A stretch of 64,000 nt of DNA from Parcubacteria group bacterium (lineage in GTDB: Bacteria > Patescibacteriota > Minisyncoccia > Phycocordibacterales > UBA2135), in contig JACPBB010000001.1 of NCBI GenBank assembly GCA_016180525.1, forward strand, positions 75,320 to 139,319, given 5' to 3'. Shown here piece by piece: positions 1 to 10,791 of this stretch (position 1 is the stretch's first letter; every line of letters begins with the position of its first letter). The notes under the pieces were generated by a model, which was given only the letters and a program-made list of their open reading frames with translations, was not told where the DNA came from and searched no databases. Both the position numbers and the translations under genes were made by a program.

Positions 1-552
1 GTTTATTTCAATGTTAGTAGTCTCCCGCACGGGAAGTACCGCAACAGATGCGGTAGAGGTATGCACTCTGCCTGATTTCTCTGTCGCAGGAACACGCTGT
101 ATCCGATGCACGCCAGTCTCATATCGCAATTTTTTATACACATCGTTTCCTTTTAGTTCAAAAGAACCTTCTTTGAGCCCTCCCAAATCGCTCTCCGAAA
201 CATCAATTTTCCTAAAAGACCATCCTTCTCGTGCGGCATATTTTTCATACATAGAAGCAAGCGTTTCGGCAAAAAGCGCAGCCTCTTCTCCGCCGGCTCC
301 CGCTCGAACCTCAAGAATGACTTCACGAGGAAACACCTGCGCTTCTTTTTCTGTGGCAAGTATTGATTCCATTTGTGTCAAGAGCACTTGTTTTTGTTCT
401 TCGTTTTTTTTCTTTTCCTCTTCAACAAGGTCTTTCATTGTTGGATCTTTTTCCGCCAAACGCAAAAGTTCAGCCTCTTCTTTCAAGAGCCGTTGATATT
501 CTCCAGCAAAATAGGCGGTTTTTTTATTTTTTATATATTTTTCCAAATCCAT
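1..552 (-). CDS. prfA: Peptide chain release factor 1, 5' part (runs off the window start)
   Basis: Manual minus-strand translation from ATG 552 gives ILEVRAGAGGEEAALFA...YETGVHRIQRVPATEKSGRVHTSTASVAVLP. The PxT motif indicates RF1. Not in the ORF track; the + ORF 11..496 is its antisense shadow. Confidence 0.93.
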   Translation of the reverse strand, partial: MDLEKYIKNKKTAYFAGEYQRLLKEEAELLRLAEKDPTMKDLVEEEKKKNEEQKQVLLTQMESILATEKEAQVFPREVILEVRAGAGGEEAALFAETLASMYEKYAAREGWSFRKIDVSESDLGGLKEGSFELKGNDVYKKLRYETGVHRIQRVPATEKSGRVHTSTASVAVLPVRETTNIEIN

Positions 553-611
553 ATCGTGTAGCGTATATCATATAACAGATAACACAAGACGCAAAAAGAA
601 AAAAACCGCAA

Positions 612-866
612 CTATGCGGTTTTTTTCTTTTTAGGCTTCGTTTTTTGTTCTACCTTTTTTTGCTCTGCTTTTGCTCTACGGGCTTTGAATCTTTCTACTC
701 GTCCGGCAGAGTCAAGAATCTTCTCTTCGCCGGTATAGAGCGGATGACACGCGCTGCAAATTTCAACAGAAATTTTCTCCTGTGTTGAGCCAACAGAAAA
801 AACGTTACCGCACGCGCAGGTTACCTTTGCTTCAGGAAAATATGTTGGGTGTATTTTATCTTTCAT
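612..866 (-). CDS. rpmE: 50S ribosomal protein L31 (Zn-binding type)
   Basis: MKDKIHPTY...CACGN...[11 protein letters not shown]...GRVERF. Confidence 0.97.
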   Translation of the reverse strand: MKDKIHPTYFPEAKVTCACGNVFSVGSTQEKISVEICSACHPLYTGEEKILDSAGRVERFKARRAKAEQKKVEQKTKPKKKKTA

Positions 867-948
867 GATCGTTTCTTGTGTCTCGTATAAAGTAACATTT
901 TTTGAATTTTTTATACAAAATACAAGATACGAGATACTATATACTAAA

Positions 949-2352
949 TTAATTTTGTTGCAATATGTCTATCTGTCTTTGATATTTTCCGGCTAAACTG
1001 TTGGGGTCGCCTGCATATCCACCGACAATATCATTACCGTAAAACGCATATGCGGATTTATTCCAATTTCCTCCCGCAAAATAACGAAGCACTGCCCGAC
1101 GCTCTGCCGTATGCGTGAGAGCAGCGGCGCCGCTGTCCTTCAGTAAAAGCGCCGCCGCAATAAATGCATCATGTGGATCCCATGGATTAGGTGGGTTATG
1201 TCCGGTGAGTTTTGCGATTCTTTCTTCAAATAAAACCCACGTTGAAGGTATAAATTGCGCGGGACCCATCGCACCGCCATAGCCATATCTGGGAGGACAC
1301 GACACAACTTGCCCATAGGGGTTAATTCCAAGTTTTTCTGTTATATTAAAAAATATATCAACATCGCGGCTCGCTTTCATAACACCTCTAAACGATCTTC
1401 CGGTGTTTATCCCTTTTCCGTCTCCTTTATTTGGCTGATTTGTGAGTACACACTGGCCGACATTCTCTCCCAGGTTTGACTCTTCCGCAATAACGCCAAG
1501 AATAAGCGCCGGCCGTACTCCCGTTTTCTGAGATGCAATATTCGCAAGTTCAAGGGCACGCTCAAAAGAAATAGCGTCCGTCCCCTGTAAAATAAACAGT
1601 TCTATCCTGATTGCCGCCGCGTCTTTTTGAATAGTGTCAATAATATTTTTATAAACTGCTTCTTGCCCTTTTGATATTTTTAAAATTTCCCTTTTTTGTG
1701 CCTTATCTTCTTCAATCCTCCGCTTTTGTAAATCTTGAATGCGTCGAAGCTCCTCTTCTTCCTTCCGGCGATCCTCAAGGGTTGTTTTTTCCTCTTGTGT
1801 TTTTTCTTTCGTAGCAGTTATTTCTTTGAATGAACTATTGAGCCCTGCCTGAATGGCATTAAACGAGTTAATATCAGAAAAAAATTCAGACAAATTTTTA
1901 TTTGCAAGCACGACCTCGGCAAGTGAGTACGTGTCCATCTCACGCGTTTTACGTAAAAGTTGAGCAAGTGATTGCTTTTCTCTATTAAGTTTCTCAGATA
2001 AATCGTCAATGAGTGTTTCTTTTCCTCCTATTTCAGTTCCGAGTTTTTTAATAGTAAGGTCTCGAGCGCGAATAGAAAGTTCAGCGGATTGAATTCTTGC
2101 ATCTATTATCGCAATATCTCGTTCAAGAGATACTGTTTCCCGCTGCTTCTCCTCTAGAATCGCCTGTTGTGCTTCTATTTGAGATTCAAGCGTAGCGAGA
2201 TCTTCTTCAAGTTGAGCACGACGAGCCCTAACATCATCCCCTGTTGCCTGTGCGTATACGACGCACACACTACCAAAAAATATCCCGAGCGCAACGGAAG
2301 CAAGAAATATGTGCTCAAGAAAAGAAGCGGTCTGTCTTCTACGTATTTGCAT
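949..2352 (-). CDS. Secreted coiled-coil protein with C-terminal lytic murein transglycosylase (SLT-like) domain
   Basis: N-terminal TM/signal, long coiled coil, EESNLG catalytic Glu motif, [13 protein letters not shown] motif. Confidence 0.85.
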   Translation of the reverse strand: MQIRRRQTASFLEHIFLASVALGIFFGSVCVVYAQATGDDVRARRAQLEEDLATLESQIEAQQAILEEKQRETVSLERDIAIIDARIQSAELSIRARDLTIKKLGTEIGGKETLIDDLSEKLNREKQSLAQLLRKTREMDTYSLAEVVLANKNLSEFFSDINSFNAIQAGLNSSFKEITATKEKTQEEKTTLEDRRKEEEELRRIQDLQKRRIEEDKAQKREILKISKGQEAVYKNIIDTIQKDAAAIRIELFILQGTDAISFERALELANIASQKTGVRPALILGVIAEESNLGENVGQCVLTNQPNKGDGKGINTGRSFRGVMKASRDVDIFFNITEKLGINPYGQVVSCPPRYGYGGAMGPAQFIPSTWVLFEERIAKLTGHNPPNPWDPHDAFIAAALLLKDSGAAALTHTAERRAVLRYFAGGNWNKSAYAFYGNDIVGGYAGDPNSLAGKYQRQIDILQQN

Positions 2353-2442
2353 TAATCCTTATAGTATATACTTTTTTACGACTTTCTTAAAACAAAATAT
2401 CTACCTTGAGTAGATATTTTGTATCTTATTATATAATAAGAT

Positions 2443-3153
2443 TTATTTGTCTTTCTCTTTTTTGCCACCCTCTGCTTTTGGTTTTGGTGCTCCTCCTGCT
2501 TCCACTTTTGCTTCACCTCCTTCCACCCCCTCTTCGGGAAGCTTGCCTTTCTTTTCTACCTCAATCTTCGTCGGGTCAAATTCTTCGACGGGAGCTTCTT
2601 CTACTTCCGCTTTAGCAACAGAAACGGCCGCAATTATTTCTTCAGGATTTGCCATCAGTGTAATGCCGGTGGGAAGTTTTACATCTTTCGCAAAAATTTG
2701 ATCTTCAATAGTTTGAAGGACAGACAAGTCAACTGTCAGAACTTGCGGCAAATCTTTTGGAAGTCCTTTTATTTTAATTTCATGAAGCACTTTTACCACA
2801 GAAACACCTTCCTGTTTTTGAACTGGCGCCTCTCCGATAAAGGTAATGGGCACCGGTACTTCTACAGCTCGATCAGCCTCAACAACATAAAAATCAACGT
2901 GCGTTGGAGTATCTTTAACCGGGTCAAACGCGACGTCATAAATAAGCACACTCAAATCTTTTCCATCATAGGAAAGATTTACAATACTTGACTCTCCCGC
3001 CTCGCGCCACACCTTTAAAAAATCTCCTTGAGGAATGGCAACAGGCGTGGACTTCGTTTTACGGCCATAAAAAACAGCCGGGATTTTTCCCGTTAATCTC
3101 ACCTGTTGAGCCCTTGTTTTAAGGTCTCTTTTTTCGGCAGTCAATTTTTGCAT
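2443..3153 (-). CDS. rplY: 50S ribosomal protein L25/Ctc
   Basis: GKIPAVFYG, HVDFY, VEVPVPI; likely start MQKLTAEKR at 3153. Confidence 0.95.
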   Translation of the reverse strand: MQKLTAEKRDLKTRAQQVRLTGKIPAVFYGRKTKSTPVAIPQGDFLKVWREAGESSIVNLSYDGKDLSVLIYDVAFDPVKDTPTHVDFYVVEADRAVEVPVPITFIGEAPVQKQEGVSVVKVLHEIKIKGLPKDLPQVLTVDLSVLQTIEDQIFAKDVKLPTGITLMANPEEIIAAVSVAKAEVEEAPVEEFDPTKIEVEKKGKLPEEGVEGGEAKVEAGGAPKPKAEGGKKEKDK

Positions 3154-3190
3154 TATTGTCCTATCATATGAATTTCTAATAAAAATGCAA

Positions 3191-3505
3191 CTACGTGTCT
3201 TTCCGCTCAAACCGCTCCTTGTCCCGTCCGTAACATTTATCCATCACCCGTTTAAAGTGTTTGTCTAGATCAATATTCAAAGCATTTGCAAAACACCCAA
3301 CTGTAAAAATGATATCGGCCATTTCATCCCCAATTTCTTTTTGTTTTTCGGTTTCTTTTTTCTTTTTTGGGCCATACTGATGGTTAATTTCACGGGCCAA
3401 CTCCCCCACTTCTTCAGTCAACCGTGCCAACATCTCATGCGGAGTCCAATATCCGATCTTGTACTGCGTTACCCAGTCATCTATGTCTTTTTGTATTTTT
3501 TTCAT
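3191..3505 (-). CDS. MazG-like nucleotide pyrophosphohydrolase (YpjD-like)
   Basis: ARLTEEVGELAREIN...EIGDEMAD motif. Confidence 0.9.
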   Translation of the reverse strand: MKKIQKDIDDWVTQYKIGYWTPHEMLARLTEEVGELAREINHQYGPKKKKETEKQKEIGDEMADIIFTVGCFANALNIDLDKHFKRVMDKCYGRDKERFERKDT

Positions 3506-3528
3506 AATACCTCCTAATAATCTAGTGG

Positions 3529-4500
3529 CTAAAACCTGACGGCATTTGGTGCTTCTTTACCGGAAAGCACGGCGATGATATTTTCTGCGGCGACTTCCGC
3601 CATTTTCGCCCGCGTCTCTTCCGTTGCGGATGCCAAATGTGGAGTGAGCACCACATTATCAAGTTCCGTAAGCCCCGGCGCTGTCTTTGGTTCATTTTCA
3701 AACACATCAAGCGCAGCACCTTTTATGCTTCCCTTTTTAAGCGCCTCCACAAGCGCCACCTCATCCACAACAGGCCCACGCGAAGAATTTATGAGGTACG
3801 CCGATGGTTTCATGAGCGCGAGCCGTTCTTTGTTTATAAGATGCCTCGTTGCGGGGAGAAGAGGTACGTGAATACTTACGAAGTCCGCCTCTTTGAGCAC
3901 TTCCTCAACACTTGCTCTATATTCTGCTCCTGTTTCTTTTTCAATGTATTCATTTTGTTTAATATCGTAATAGACAACCTGCATATCAAAACTTTTGACC
4001 GCGTGATACGCAACACGGCTTCCAATACGTCCGGCGCCGAGAAGTCCTAGGGTTTTCCCTGACACATCAGTTCCTAACAACAACAGTGGAGCCCAGCCAA
4101 TATATTTTCCAGCACGAGTAAACCTGTCTCCCTCGGCAATTCTGTGAGCAATTGAAAGCAGAAGGGCAAATGTGTGCTCCGCAACGGTGTTTGTAAGAAC
4201 CTCCGGTGTGTTTGAAATTATAATCCCTCGTTTTTTTGCCTCAGGAATATCTATATTGTCAAAACCAACCGCATAATTGGCAAATATTTTTGCCTTCGGC
4301 GCCGCGTCAAATACTTCTCCGTCAATTTTGTCAGTCAGTAAACAAAGCACCGCGTCATACTCTTTTTCAGAAAGTGCAGCGACAAGCTCTGCCTTCGTGA
4401 GCACGCCGTCTTTTAAGCTTACATCAACCGCGTGTCCTACTTTTTTGAGCATTTCTATTCCCGCATCGGGAATTTTTCTTGTCACATAAACAAGAGCCAT
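3529..4500 (-). CDS. D-2-hydroxyacid dehydrogenase (glyoxylate reductase/D-glycerate dehydrogenase type)
   Basis: AVGFDNID, GAGRIG Rossmann motif, INSSRG, LDVFENEP, TPHLAS. Confidence 0.93.
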   Translation of the reverse strand: MALVYVTRKIPDAGIEMLKKVGHAVDVSLKDGVLTKAELVAALSEKEYDAVLCLLTDKIDGEVFDAAPKAKIFANYAVGFDNIDIPEAKKRGIIISNTPEVLTNTVAEHTFALLLSIAHRIAEGDRFTRAGKYIGWAPLLLLGTDVSGKTLGLLGAGRIGSRVAYHAVKSFDMQVVYYDIKQNEYIEKETGAEYRASVEEVLKEADFVSIHVPLLPATRHLINKERLALMKPSAYLINSSRGPVVDEVALVEALKKGSIKGAALDVFENEPKTAPGLTELDNVVLTPHLASATEETRAKMAEVAAENIIAVLSGKEAPNAVRF

Positions 4501-4511
4501 AGTTTTAAAAA

Positions 4512-5387
4512 TTAAAGATTGTTAAATAATTTTAGCCGTTTCTCAACAACTTCCTCAACCGCCCTCACCGCTTCTTTTATAAATTTATACGGAGCGATTT
4601 CGTCAGGATTTTCTTGAATTCCCATTTGTACTCCACTTTTATACGCCACACGAATTTCAGTATTAATATGCACGATTGAAATACCCGCCGCAATCGCATT
4701 TTTAAAATCTTCATCGGATATTCCCGAGCCGCCATGAAGCACGAGCGGCACCCCGCCCGCCACCCGCAATTCTTGTATACGAGAAATATTGAGGTTCGGA
4801 TTTTTACCGGATTTTAGCATTCCGTGTAAATTTCCCACAGCAGGAGCCGCAAGATCAACTCCTGTTTCCTTTATAAATTGTGAGAACTCTTTAGGTTTAG
4901 TGAGCATTTCATCTCTAACTGCCGCTCCTTCAGGAATTGCATCAAGAAGTTTTGAGGATGTACCTATGTAACCAAGCTCTCCCTCTACCAATATATGTTT
5001 ATTAACAGACCGAGCATATTCCACGCATTGTTTTGTAATCTTAATATTTTCAGCAAGCGGCAACTTCGTACCATCAAAAATAACCGCGTCATATCCGGCA
5101 TCCACCGCCTCTTTTACTCTCTCAAAAGAATACGTATGATCGGCATTTAAAAATACGGGGTAGTCAAATTCCTCACGCAGACTTTTTACGAGTGCCACTG
5201 CCTGCCGTACGCCGACAAAATCCCGCTCTCCCTCCGATGTGCCGATAATAACCGGCACATTCAATTTCCGCGCCGCATTAAAAATACCCCACAGAGTTTC
5301 AAGGTTTGAAATATTAAAATGGCCAATTGCCACCTTATTTTTTTCTGCATCAACAATTATCTCTCGAAGAGTTTTCATGTTATGCAT
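4512..5387 (-). CDS. fba: Class II fructose-bisphosphate aldolase
   Basis: NADH, VEGELG, GNLHG, LVLHGGSG, INTE motifs. Confidence 0.92.
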   Translation of the reverse strand: MHNMKTLREIIVDAEKNKVAIGHFNISNLETLWGIFNAARKLNVPVIIGTSEGERDFVGVRQAVALVKSLREEFDYPVFLNADHTYSFERVKEAVDAGYDAVIFDGTKLPLAENIKITKQCVEYARSVNKHILVEGELGYIGTSSKLLDAIPEGAAVRDEMLTKPKEFSQFIKETGVDLAAPAVGNLHGMLKSGKNPNLNISRIQELRVAGGVPLVLHGGSGISDEDFKNAIAAGISIVHINTEIRVAYKSGVQMGIQENPDEIAPYKFIKEAVRAVEEVVEKRLKLFNNL

Positions 5388-5432
5388 TATAGCATTTATA
5401 TTTTATACAAAAACCCCGCCAGAGTGGCGGGG

Positions 5433-5894
5433 TTAGTGAGAAAGAATGTCCTTGAGCTCCTGACAAGAGCAAAGCAAATCTTCCTTGTCTTCCATTTTGA
5501 TAAGACACAAAAGCGCGTGATATTCTTTTTCGCTTACAGCAAGCATTTTTACGTCATTTTTCTTAAAGAACCGTGGAATATCGGATTCCTCTATTTCATT
5601 GATCTCGGTTACTGTCCAGTTCACTAATTTTTTTGAGGAACGGACTGATTCTTGTTTGCAAAAAAACAGTACAAACTGCTTCGCGTCATACTCGGTAAAC
5701 GCACGGGTGCCGAATGTTTTAACTATGTGAATCTTTTTTGCGGAATAGGAATAGCGGACAGAAACAAAAAATATTTTTATTTTTTCTCCATAGACCTTTC
5801 GCAGCCATACGGGCCAGAAACTACGGTCTTCATCTTTATCCTGCGCATGTGCAAGAATTGTTTCAACCATTCCGTTTTCTGCCAGTTTCGACAT
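5433..5894 (-). CDS. Hypothetical protein
   Basis: ORF with likely start MSKLAE at 5894; hairpin ccccgcc/ggcgggg downstream at about 5414-5432. Confidence 0.55.
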   Translation of the reverse strand: MSKLAENGMVETILAHAQDKDEDRSFWPVWLRKVYGEKIKIFFVSVRYSYSAKKIHIVKTFGTRAFTEYDAKQFVLFFCKQESVRSSKKLVNWTVTEINEIEESDIPRFFKKNDVKMLAVSEKEYHALLCLIKMEDKEDLLCSCQELKDILSH

Positions 5895-5985
5895 TATAAT
5901 CCTCAATTTTCTAAGATCTACTAATAGATAGTATAGCATTTTATTTAGAAAACAAAAATTTTTAAAAAATGATATACTATCACAT

Positions 5986-6978
5986 ATGCAAGAATATGAC
6001 TTTATCGCAATCGGCGATATCACGACGGACGCTTTTATCCGGCTCTCTGGGGATGACGCAGATGTAACCAGAGACGATCACAAAAAAGTAAAGTTGTGTT
6101 TTAATTTCGGTGACAAAATTGAATACGACGACGTGATTGAAGTTCCCGCTGTGGGCAATTCCCCGAATGCCGCTGTTTCCGCTCACCGACTTGAACTAAA
6201 ATCAGCGCTCATAACAAACCTCGGAGATGACTACCACGGGGAAAATTCCCTCAATGCCCTAAAAAAAGAAGGTGTTTCAACAGAGTTTGTAAAAATACAT
6301 AAGGATATCGGAAGTAATTATCATTATGTGCTTTGGTATGAAGAAGAACGAACCATTTTAGTAAAACATCATGAATATCCCTATGAGATGCCTGAAGTCG
6401 GCAAGCCTAAGTGGTTTTATTTAAGCTCTCTCGGAGAACACTCTCTTCAATTTCATAAAGACATTGTGAAATACATGAAGCACAATGAAAATATCAAACT
6501 CGCGTTCCAGCCGGGAACATTTCAGATGCGGCTTGGATATCACGCGCTCAAAGATGTCTACGAGATGACGGAGGTTTTTTTCTGTAATACCGAGGAAGCG
6601 CGAAGAATACTAGAAACAGAAGAGAGTGATATTAAAAAACTTCTATATAATATGCATGAGCTCGGCCCTCGTATTGTTGTCATTACCGATGGGCCTAAGG
6701 GAGCATACGCATACAATGGAGAAGAAACGTGGTTTATGCCTATGTACCCTGACCCAAAACCGCCACTTGATAGAACCGGCGCCGGAGACGCATTTGCTTC
6801 AACATTTACCGCGATCCTTGTATTAGGAAAAACCGTGCCAGAGGCGCTGACATACGCGCCTGTCAATTCAATGTCGGTAGTGCAAAAAGTCGGTGCGCAA
6901 GAAGGACTCCTCACACTTGCCGAAATTGAAGAGTGGCTCAAAAAAGCACCGCCGGATTATAAGGCAAAGAAAATATAA
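5986..6978 (+). CDS. PfkB-family carbohydrate kinase
   Basis: GNSPNAAVSAHRL, FCNTEEA, ITDGPKGA, DRTGAGDAF. Confidence 0.93.
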   Translation: MQEYDFIAIGDITTDAFIRLSGDDADVTRDDHKKVKLCFNFGDKIEYDDVIEVPAVGNSPNAAVSAHRLELKSALITNLGDDYHGENSLNALKKEGVSTEFVKIHKDIGSNYHYVLWYEEERTILVKHHEYPYEMPEVGKPKWFYLSSLGEHSLQFHKDIVKYMKHNENIKLAFQPGTFQMRLGYHALKDVYEMTEVFFCNTEEARRILETEESDIKKLLYNMHELGPRIVVITDGPKGAYAYNGEETWFMPMYPDPKPPLDRTGAGDAFASTFTAILVLGKTVPEALTYAPVNSMSVVQKVGAQEGLLTLAEIEEWLKKAPPDYKAKKI

Positions 6979-7043
6979 ATCTATTTGACACTTTCTTAAA
7001 AACATTAAAATTCACCACAGTAAACATTAACGGAGCAAAAATC

Positions 7044-7208
7044 GTGCGGCCGCTTGCAGATCTTTTGAACAATTTTTCTCCAAAACGAAGACGGGGAATT
7101 GAGGAAAAAGCGCGCAGAATAATTACGGAAGTTGATTTCAGAACACGTAATAAACGAGCAATAGTGGTACACACAAATGACAAAGCCAACAAAAAGCCGA
7201 TCTTATAA
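7044..7208 (+). CDS. Small ORF (54 aa), possible remnant of an XRE/HigA-like regulator N-terminus
   Basis: TTGACA at about 6985, GGAG at 7032, GTG start; translates VRPLADLLNNFSPKRRRGIEEKARRIITE... Confidence 0.35.
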   Translation: MRPLADLLNNFSPKRRRGIEEKARRIITEVDFRTRNKRAIVVHTNDKANKKPIL

Positions 7209-7245
7209 AAAGACCGGTTTTTATTTAAAAAAAGGCTTTTCGTCG

Positions 7246-8559
7246 TTACCGCGAAAGCCAGGCACTCTCTTGCCGCGCTAAAAACTTTGTATCCGCGAGA
7301 TTTTCAAGAATCCGCTCCACTACCCTCTCCATCCGCATTGACTGCGAACCCTTTACAAGCACAATGTCTCCAGAACGCAAAAAGGTTTTTAGAAATTCCC
7401 CTGCCTCAATTGAATTTTCAAAATGATGCGTGTCGGCTTTTTTCATCTTTTTCTTTAGAGCAGATTCATTGATAAGCTGTGCCCGAATACCAACGGTTAT
7501 TAAAACACCGCAAACATCAGGAATTCGAGCCCCAATTTTTTTATGTTCATCCGCGCTGTACTTTCCAAGCTCAAGCATATCTCCCAAAACGGCTATTTTT
7601 CTTCCTCCCTCTGCAGATTGCTCTTTTGTGGGAACCGTCAGGCTCTCTAGAGCATTGAGTGCCGCATGAAGCGCCGCGGGAGATGAGTTGTATGAATCAT
7701 CTATAATAGTTGAGCCGTTGATACCGTGTAACAGTCGCATCCGCCCGGCAGGAAATTGAAATTGCGCGAGTGCTTCAAGCGCGGAGACAATATTAACGCC
7801 CTTTCCAACGCCAACCGCGAGACTCGCGAGTACGCTTAAAAATATATGTGTTCCCAAAACTCCTTTCAAGTGAAGCGGGAGTTTGTTTTCTTTATATGAA
7901 ACTTTTCCAAACATTCCGACAGGATGTTCCTCTCTGTCATATTCTATTTCCGGATTTAAAATAGAAATATCGGCATTAAGAGTTTCTCCAAAAGTAAGCG
8001 TGTTATGCAAAGAAAATTGTTTAAGCGCTAAAACATCTCTGTCGTCAGCATTGAGTACCAGTAAACCTGCTGGTTTAAGCGCTCGCACGAGATGTGTTTT
8101 TTCTTCAATAAGAGCTTCGCGTGAGGGGAAAAATTCTATATGTACTGGTATTTCGGGAAACGCGGTCACCACGACGACGTCAGGTTTAAGCCATGAGGTA
8201 ATTTTTTGTATGTCACCCGGCCTGTCCGTCCCCACTTCAACGACCAGCATTTTTGGATAATGATTTTTTAAAAAAATAAGACTTAATCCTTCAAAAATAA
8301 TTTTAAGCCATCGTATTACGTTGCCCCACGCACTCTCACATCCTAAAACAGTAAGTGGTATGCCGATTTCGCTGTTAAAACTTTTATCGCCTTTCCACAC
8401 ATACATTTCTCTTGAAAGCACTGTCCATGTCGCATCTTTCGCTCCAGTTTTCCCAACACTTCCTGTTATTGCCACGATTTCAGGCTTATACTTATGCAAA
8501 ACAGCGCGCGCAAGCAGTGTAATAATAAGCACAATTATTTTTTTAAACAGTTGCTTCAT
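7246..8559 (-). CDS. murF: UDP-N-acetylmuramoyl-tripeptide--D-Ala-D-Ala ligase
   Basis: ITGSVGKT, FNSEIGIP, GRM, IDDSYNSSP, LGDMLELG, VKGS. Confidence 0.95.
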   Translation of the reverse strand: MKQLFKKIIVLIITLLARAVLHKYKPEIVAITGSVGKTGAKDATWTVLSREMYVWKGDKSFNSEIGIPLTVLGCESAWGNVIRWLKIIFEGLSLIFLKNHYPKMLVVEVGTDRPGDIQKITSWLKPDVVVVTAFPEIPVHIEFFPSREALIEEKTHLVRALKPAGLLVLNADDRDVLALKQFSLHNTLTFGETLNADISILNPEIEYDREEHPVGMFGKVSYKENKLPLHLKGVLGTHIFLSVLASLAVGVGKGVNIVSALEALAQFQFPAGRMRLLHGINGSTIIDDSYNSSPAALHAALNALESLTVPTKEQSAEGGRKIAVLGDMLELGKYSADEHKKIGARIPDVCGVLITVGIRAQLINESALKKKMKKADTHHFENSIEAGEFLKTFLRSGDIVLVKGSQSMRMERVVERILENLADTKFLARQESAWLSR

Positions 8560-8641
8560 CTTTTATAATTTTTAAATTTTGAATTTATTTAGAAGTTAAG
8601 AATTCCAGATCGCTAAATTATAGACATCAGATTTCCATAGT

Positions 8642-10345
8642 TTAGCGGTCAGGTGGCACATTGTAATAATGTACCAAAAAAGTAACCGTATCAATAAATG
8701 GAATTGTGAGCGTCTCGGAAGCATATCGTACCCCCTTCGGTTCTACAACATAGAGGAAAACAAGAAACTGCGGATCATATGCGGGAAAATATCCAAAAAA
8801 TGAATGAAAAAAACGATCATCATAATAACCGCCCTTCGAGCCTGCGATCTGCGCGGTTCCCGTCTTTGCCGCGATGCTGTAGTGGGGCATTTTTACCGTA
8901 CCTCCTAGGAGTGCTTCGTCAACAACCCGCACGAGCATACGGGTTATTTCTTCACTCGCTTCCGGTGAAATCGCTCGTTTAAACTCTTCATTTGACCGTC
9001 GTACTTTAGCAGTAAGTCCTTCTTCAAATTCAATTGCGTCAACCACGTGCGGGGTCACAAGCACTCCGCCATTTGCGAGCACTGAAAGCGCGCGCACCAT
9101 TGAAATAGGAGTAACCGCAAACCCTTGCCCGAATGAAGCGGTCGCGATTTCAACATTCCGGTTATTTCGTAAATTCTTTACGAGGTTTGTGGCTTCATTC
9201 GGCAAATCAATCCCCGTTTGCTCGCCAAATCCATACGCAAAAAAATATTCCGAAAACAATTCATTTCCGAGTTTTTTCGCCACATGCACAGCTCCGGTAT
9301 TTAAAGATTGATTTAATATTTCTTGTATAGGAACCCGTCCACGAGCCTTCCCGTCAAAATTTTCAATACGTGCGTTATCTATTTCAACAAACCCATCATC
9401 ATAATAGGTGTCAGTTGGTTTTATTACTCCCGCATCAAGCCCCGCTGCAAGCGTAAGCGGCTTTACCGTTGATCCCATTTCAAATACGCTTTCCACAACA
9501 GAATTTGAAAATATGGAATAATCAGTTTCGTCTCTAAAATTATTCGGGTCAAATGTAGGACGTGCCGCAAGCGCATAGAGCGCGCCTGTTTTTGGATTAA
9601 TGATAACCGCGCCACCAGATTTTGCGTTCCATTTTTTCACAATACCAGAAAGAATTCCTTCCAAAAATCCCTGCACCTCGGAATCTATCGTCAATACCAA
9701 ATCCCCGGCACCAGCATATCTGCTGTCATAAAATAAAGAATTTCTAATGTTGGCAAATGCTTGTGCAAAAAGATTTACCTGCTCTCCCTCTTTTCTTAAA
9801 AGTACGTCTTCATAATATCGTTCAAGTCCATACCGACCGGTAAGCTCATCCCCTTCATACCCTACGAACCCTAAGACGTGCGCGGCCAGTTCACCGCCCG
9901 GATATGAACGCCAGCGCTCTTTGTGAACAGAAACACCTGCAATATTAAGTTGCTGTATTTTTTTAGCGTCTGCTTCAGATATTCTCCAGGCAATTTCCTC
10001 GTACGGATCAAGAACTTTTCCTGCTTGAAGAAAAAAAGAGTCGTCGTCTATGTCCGGTACGATACTCTTTAATTTGGGAAGAACTTCGGAGACATTTTTT
10101 AAAATAGACGGATTAATAGCCACTGTGTAACCTGATTTAAGCGTTGCTCCAGAAAAAATTCCACCAGAAAAAAAAATACTCCCGCGGTCAAAAATGTGCG
10201 CTATCGGGGAAATATATTGTTCTGATGCTTTTTCCAAGTAATAATTACCCCGTATAATCTGCAGAAAAAAAAGCTTGCCCGCGAAAATGAGAGCAAACAA
10301 GGCTATTGGTATATAAAAGAATCGTATTCGTGATGTAGGAGACAT
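8642..10345 (-). CDS. ftsI: Division penicillin-binding protein (PBP3/FtsI)
   Basis: GSTVK (SxxK), SLN, KTGTAQ; position in the mraZ-rsmH-ftsL cluster. Confidence 0.9.
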   Translation of the reverse strand: MSPTSRIRFFYIPIALFALIFAGKLFFLQIIRGNYYLEKASEQYISPIAHIFDRGSIFFSGGIFSGATLKSGYTVAINPSILKNVSEVLPKLKSIVPDIDDDSFFLQAGKVLDPYEEIAWRISEADAKKIQQLNIAGVSVHKERWRSYPGGELAAHVLGFVGYEGDELTGRYGLERYYEDVLLRKEGEQVNLFAQAFANIRNSLFYDSRYAGAGDLVLTIDSEVQGFLEGILSGIVKKWNAKSGGAVIINPKTGALYALAARPTFDPNNFRDETDYSIFSNSVVESVFEMGSTVKPLTLAAGLDAGVIKPTDTYYDDGFVEIDNARIENFDGKARGRVPIQEILNQSLNTGAVHVAKKLGNELFSEYFFAYGFGEQTGIDLPNEATNLVKNLRNNRNVEIATASFGQGFAVTPISMVRALSVLANGGVLVTPHVVDAIEFEEGLTAKVRRSNEEFKRAISPEASEEITRMLVRVVDEALLGGTVKMPHYSIAAKTGTAQIAGSKGGYYDDRFFHSFFGYFPAYDPQFLVFLYVVEPKGVRYASETLTIPFIDTVTFLVHYYNVPPDR

Positions 10346-10462
10346 GCCAAAAATTAAGGAGTGAAGCGACTATAATTTTTGAGCACCCCCTCTTTTTGAG
10401 TTCCTTTTAAATTTATAAGAATCTAAAAAGAGGGGGTTAATAAAACATACTCGCTTCGTTCA
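10346..10462. repeat. Nested REP-like palindromes upstream of ftsI
   Basis: ccaaaaatt..aatttttg hairpin, gagcaccc, then ccctcttttt..aaaaagaggg; shares parts with 18503-18660, 30504-30634 and 32383-32534. Confidence 0.75.
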
Positions 10463-10470
10463 TTGTTTTA

Positions 10471-10782
10471 TTAAAACTCATTCTGTACCAGTCTCTGCCT
10501 AAAAGCAAATATTTCTTTCTTCGGTTCCACAAATCCAAGAGTGGCGGCCCTCTCATGATTTATGGCATTATTTAGCCCCGTGTATTCAGACTCCAAATCA
10601 CTGATATTTGAGTATAATGATTGCATATTATTTTGAAGTGCTCGTTGAGCGGAAATATTAAATGTCGCAAGCCCTACAAGCAAGACATATAAAAATACTA
10701 TTCCAAGAAATCCCATAAAAAGCATGATCGTCAGTTGGCGTTCTGCGGCATATGTGTATAGTTTGTGAATTTTAATATACAT
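10471..10782 (-). CDS. ftsL: FtsL-like cell division protein
   Basis: Single TM plus coiled coil ending A..LGF..P; lies between rsmH and ftsI. Confidence 0.7.
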   Translation of the reverse strand: MYIKIHKLYTYAAERQLTIMLFMGFLGIVFLYVLLVGLATFNISAQRALQNNMQSLYSNISDLESEYTGLNNAINHERAATLGFVEPKKEIFAFRQRLVQNEF

Positions 10783-10791
10783 GAAAATATA

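Noticed and set aside
11-496. 161-aa + strand ORF, and many similar antisense ORFs in the track
   Set aside because: These are shadows of clear opposite-strand genes (here prfA) and have no recognisable motifs.
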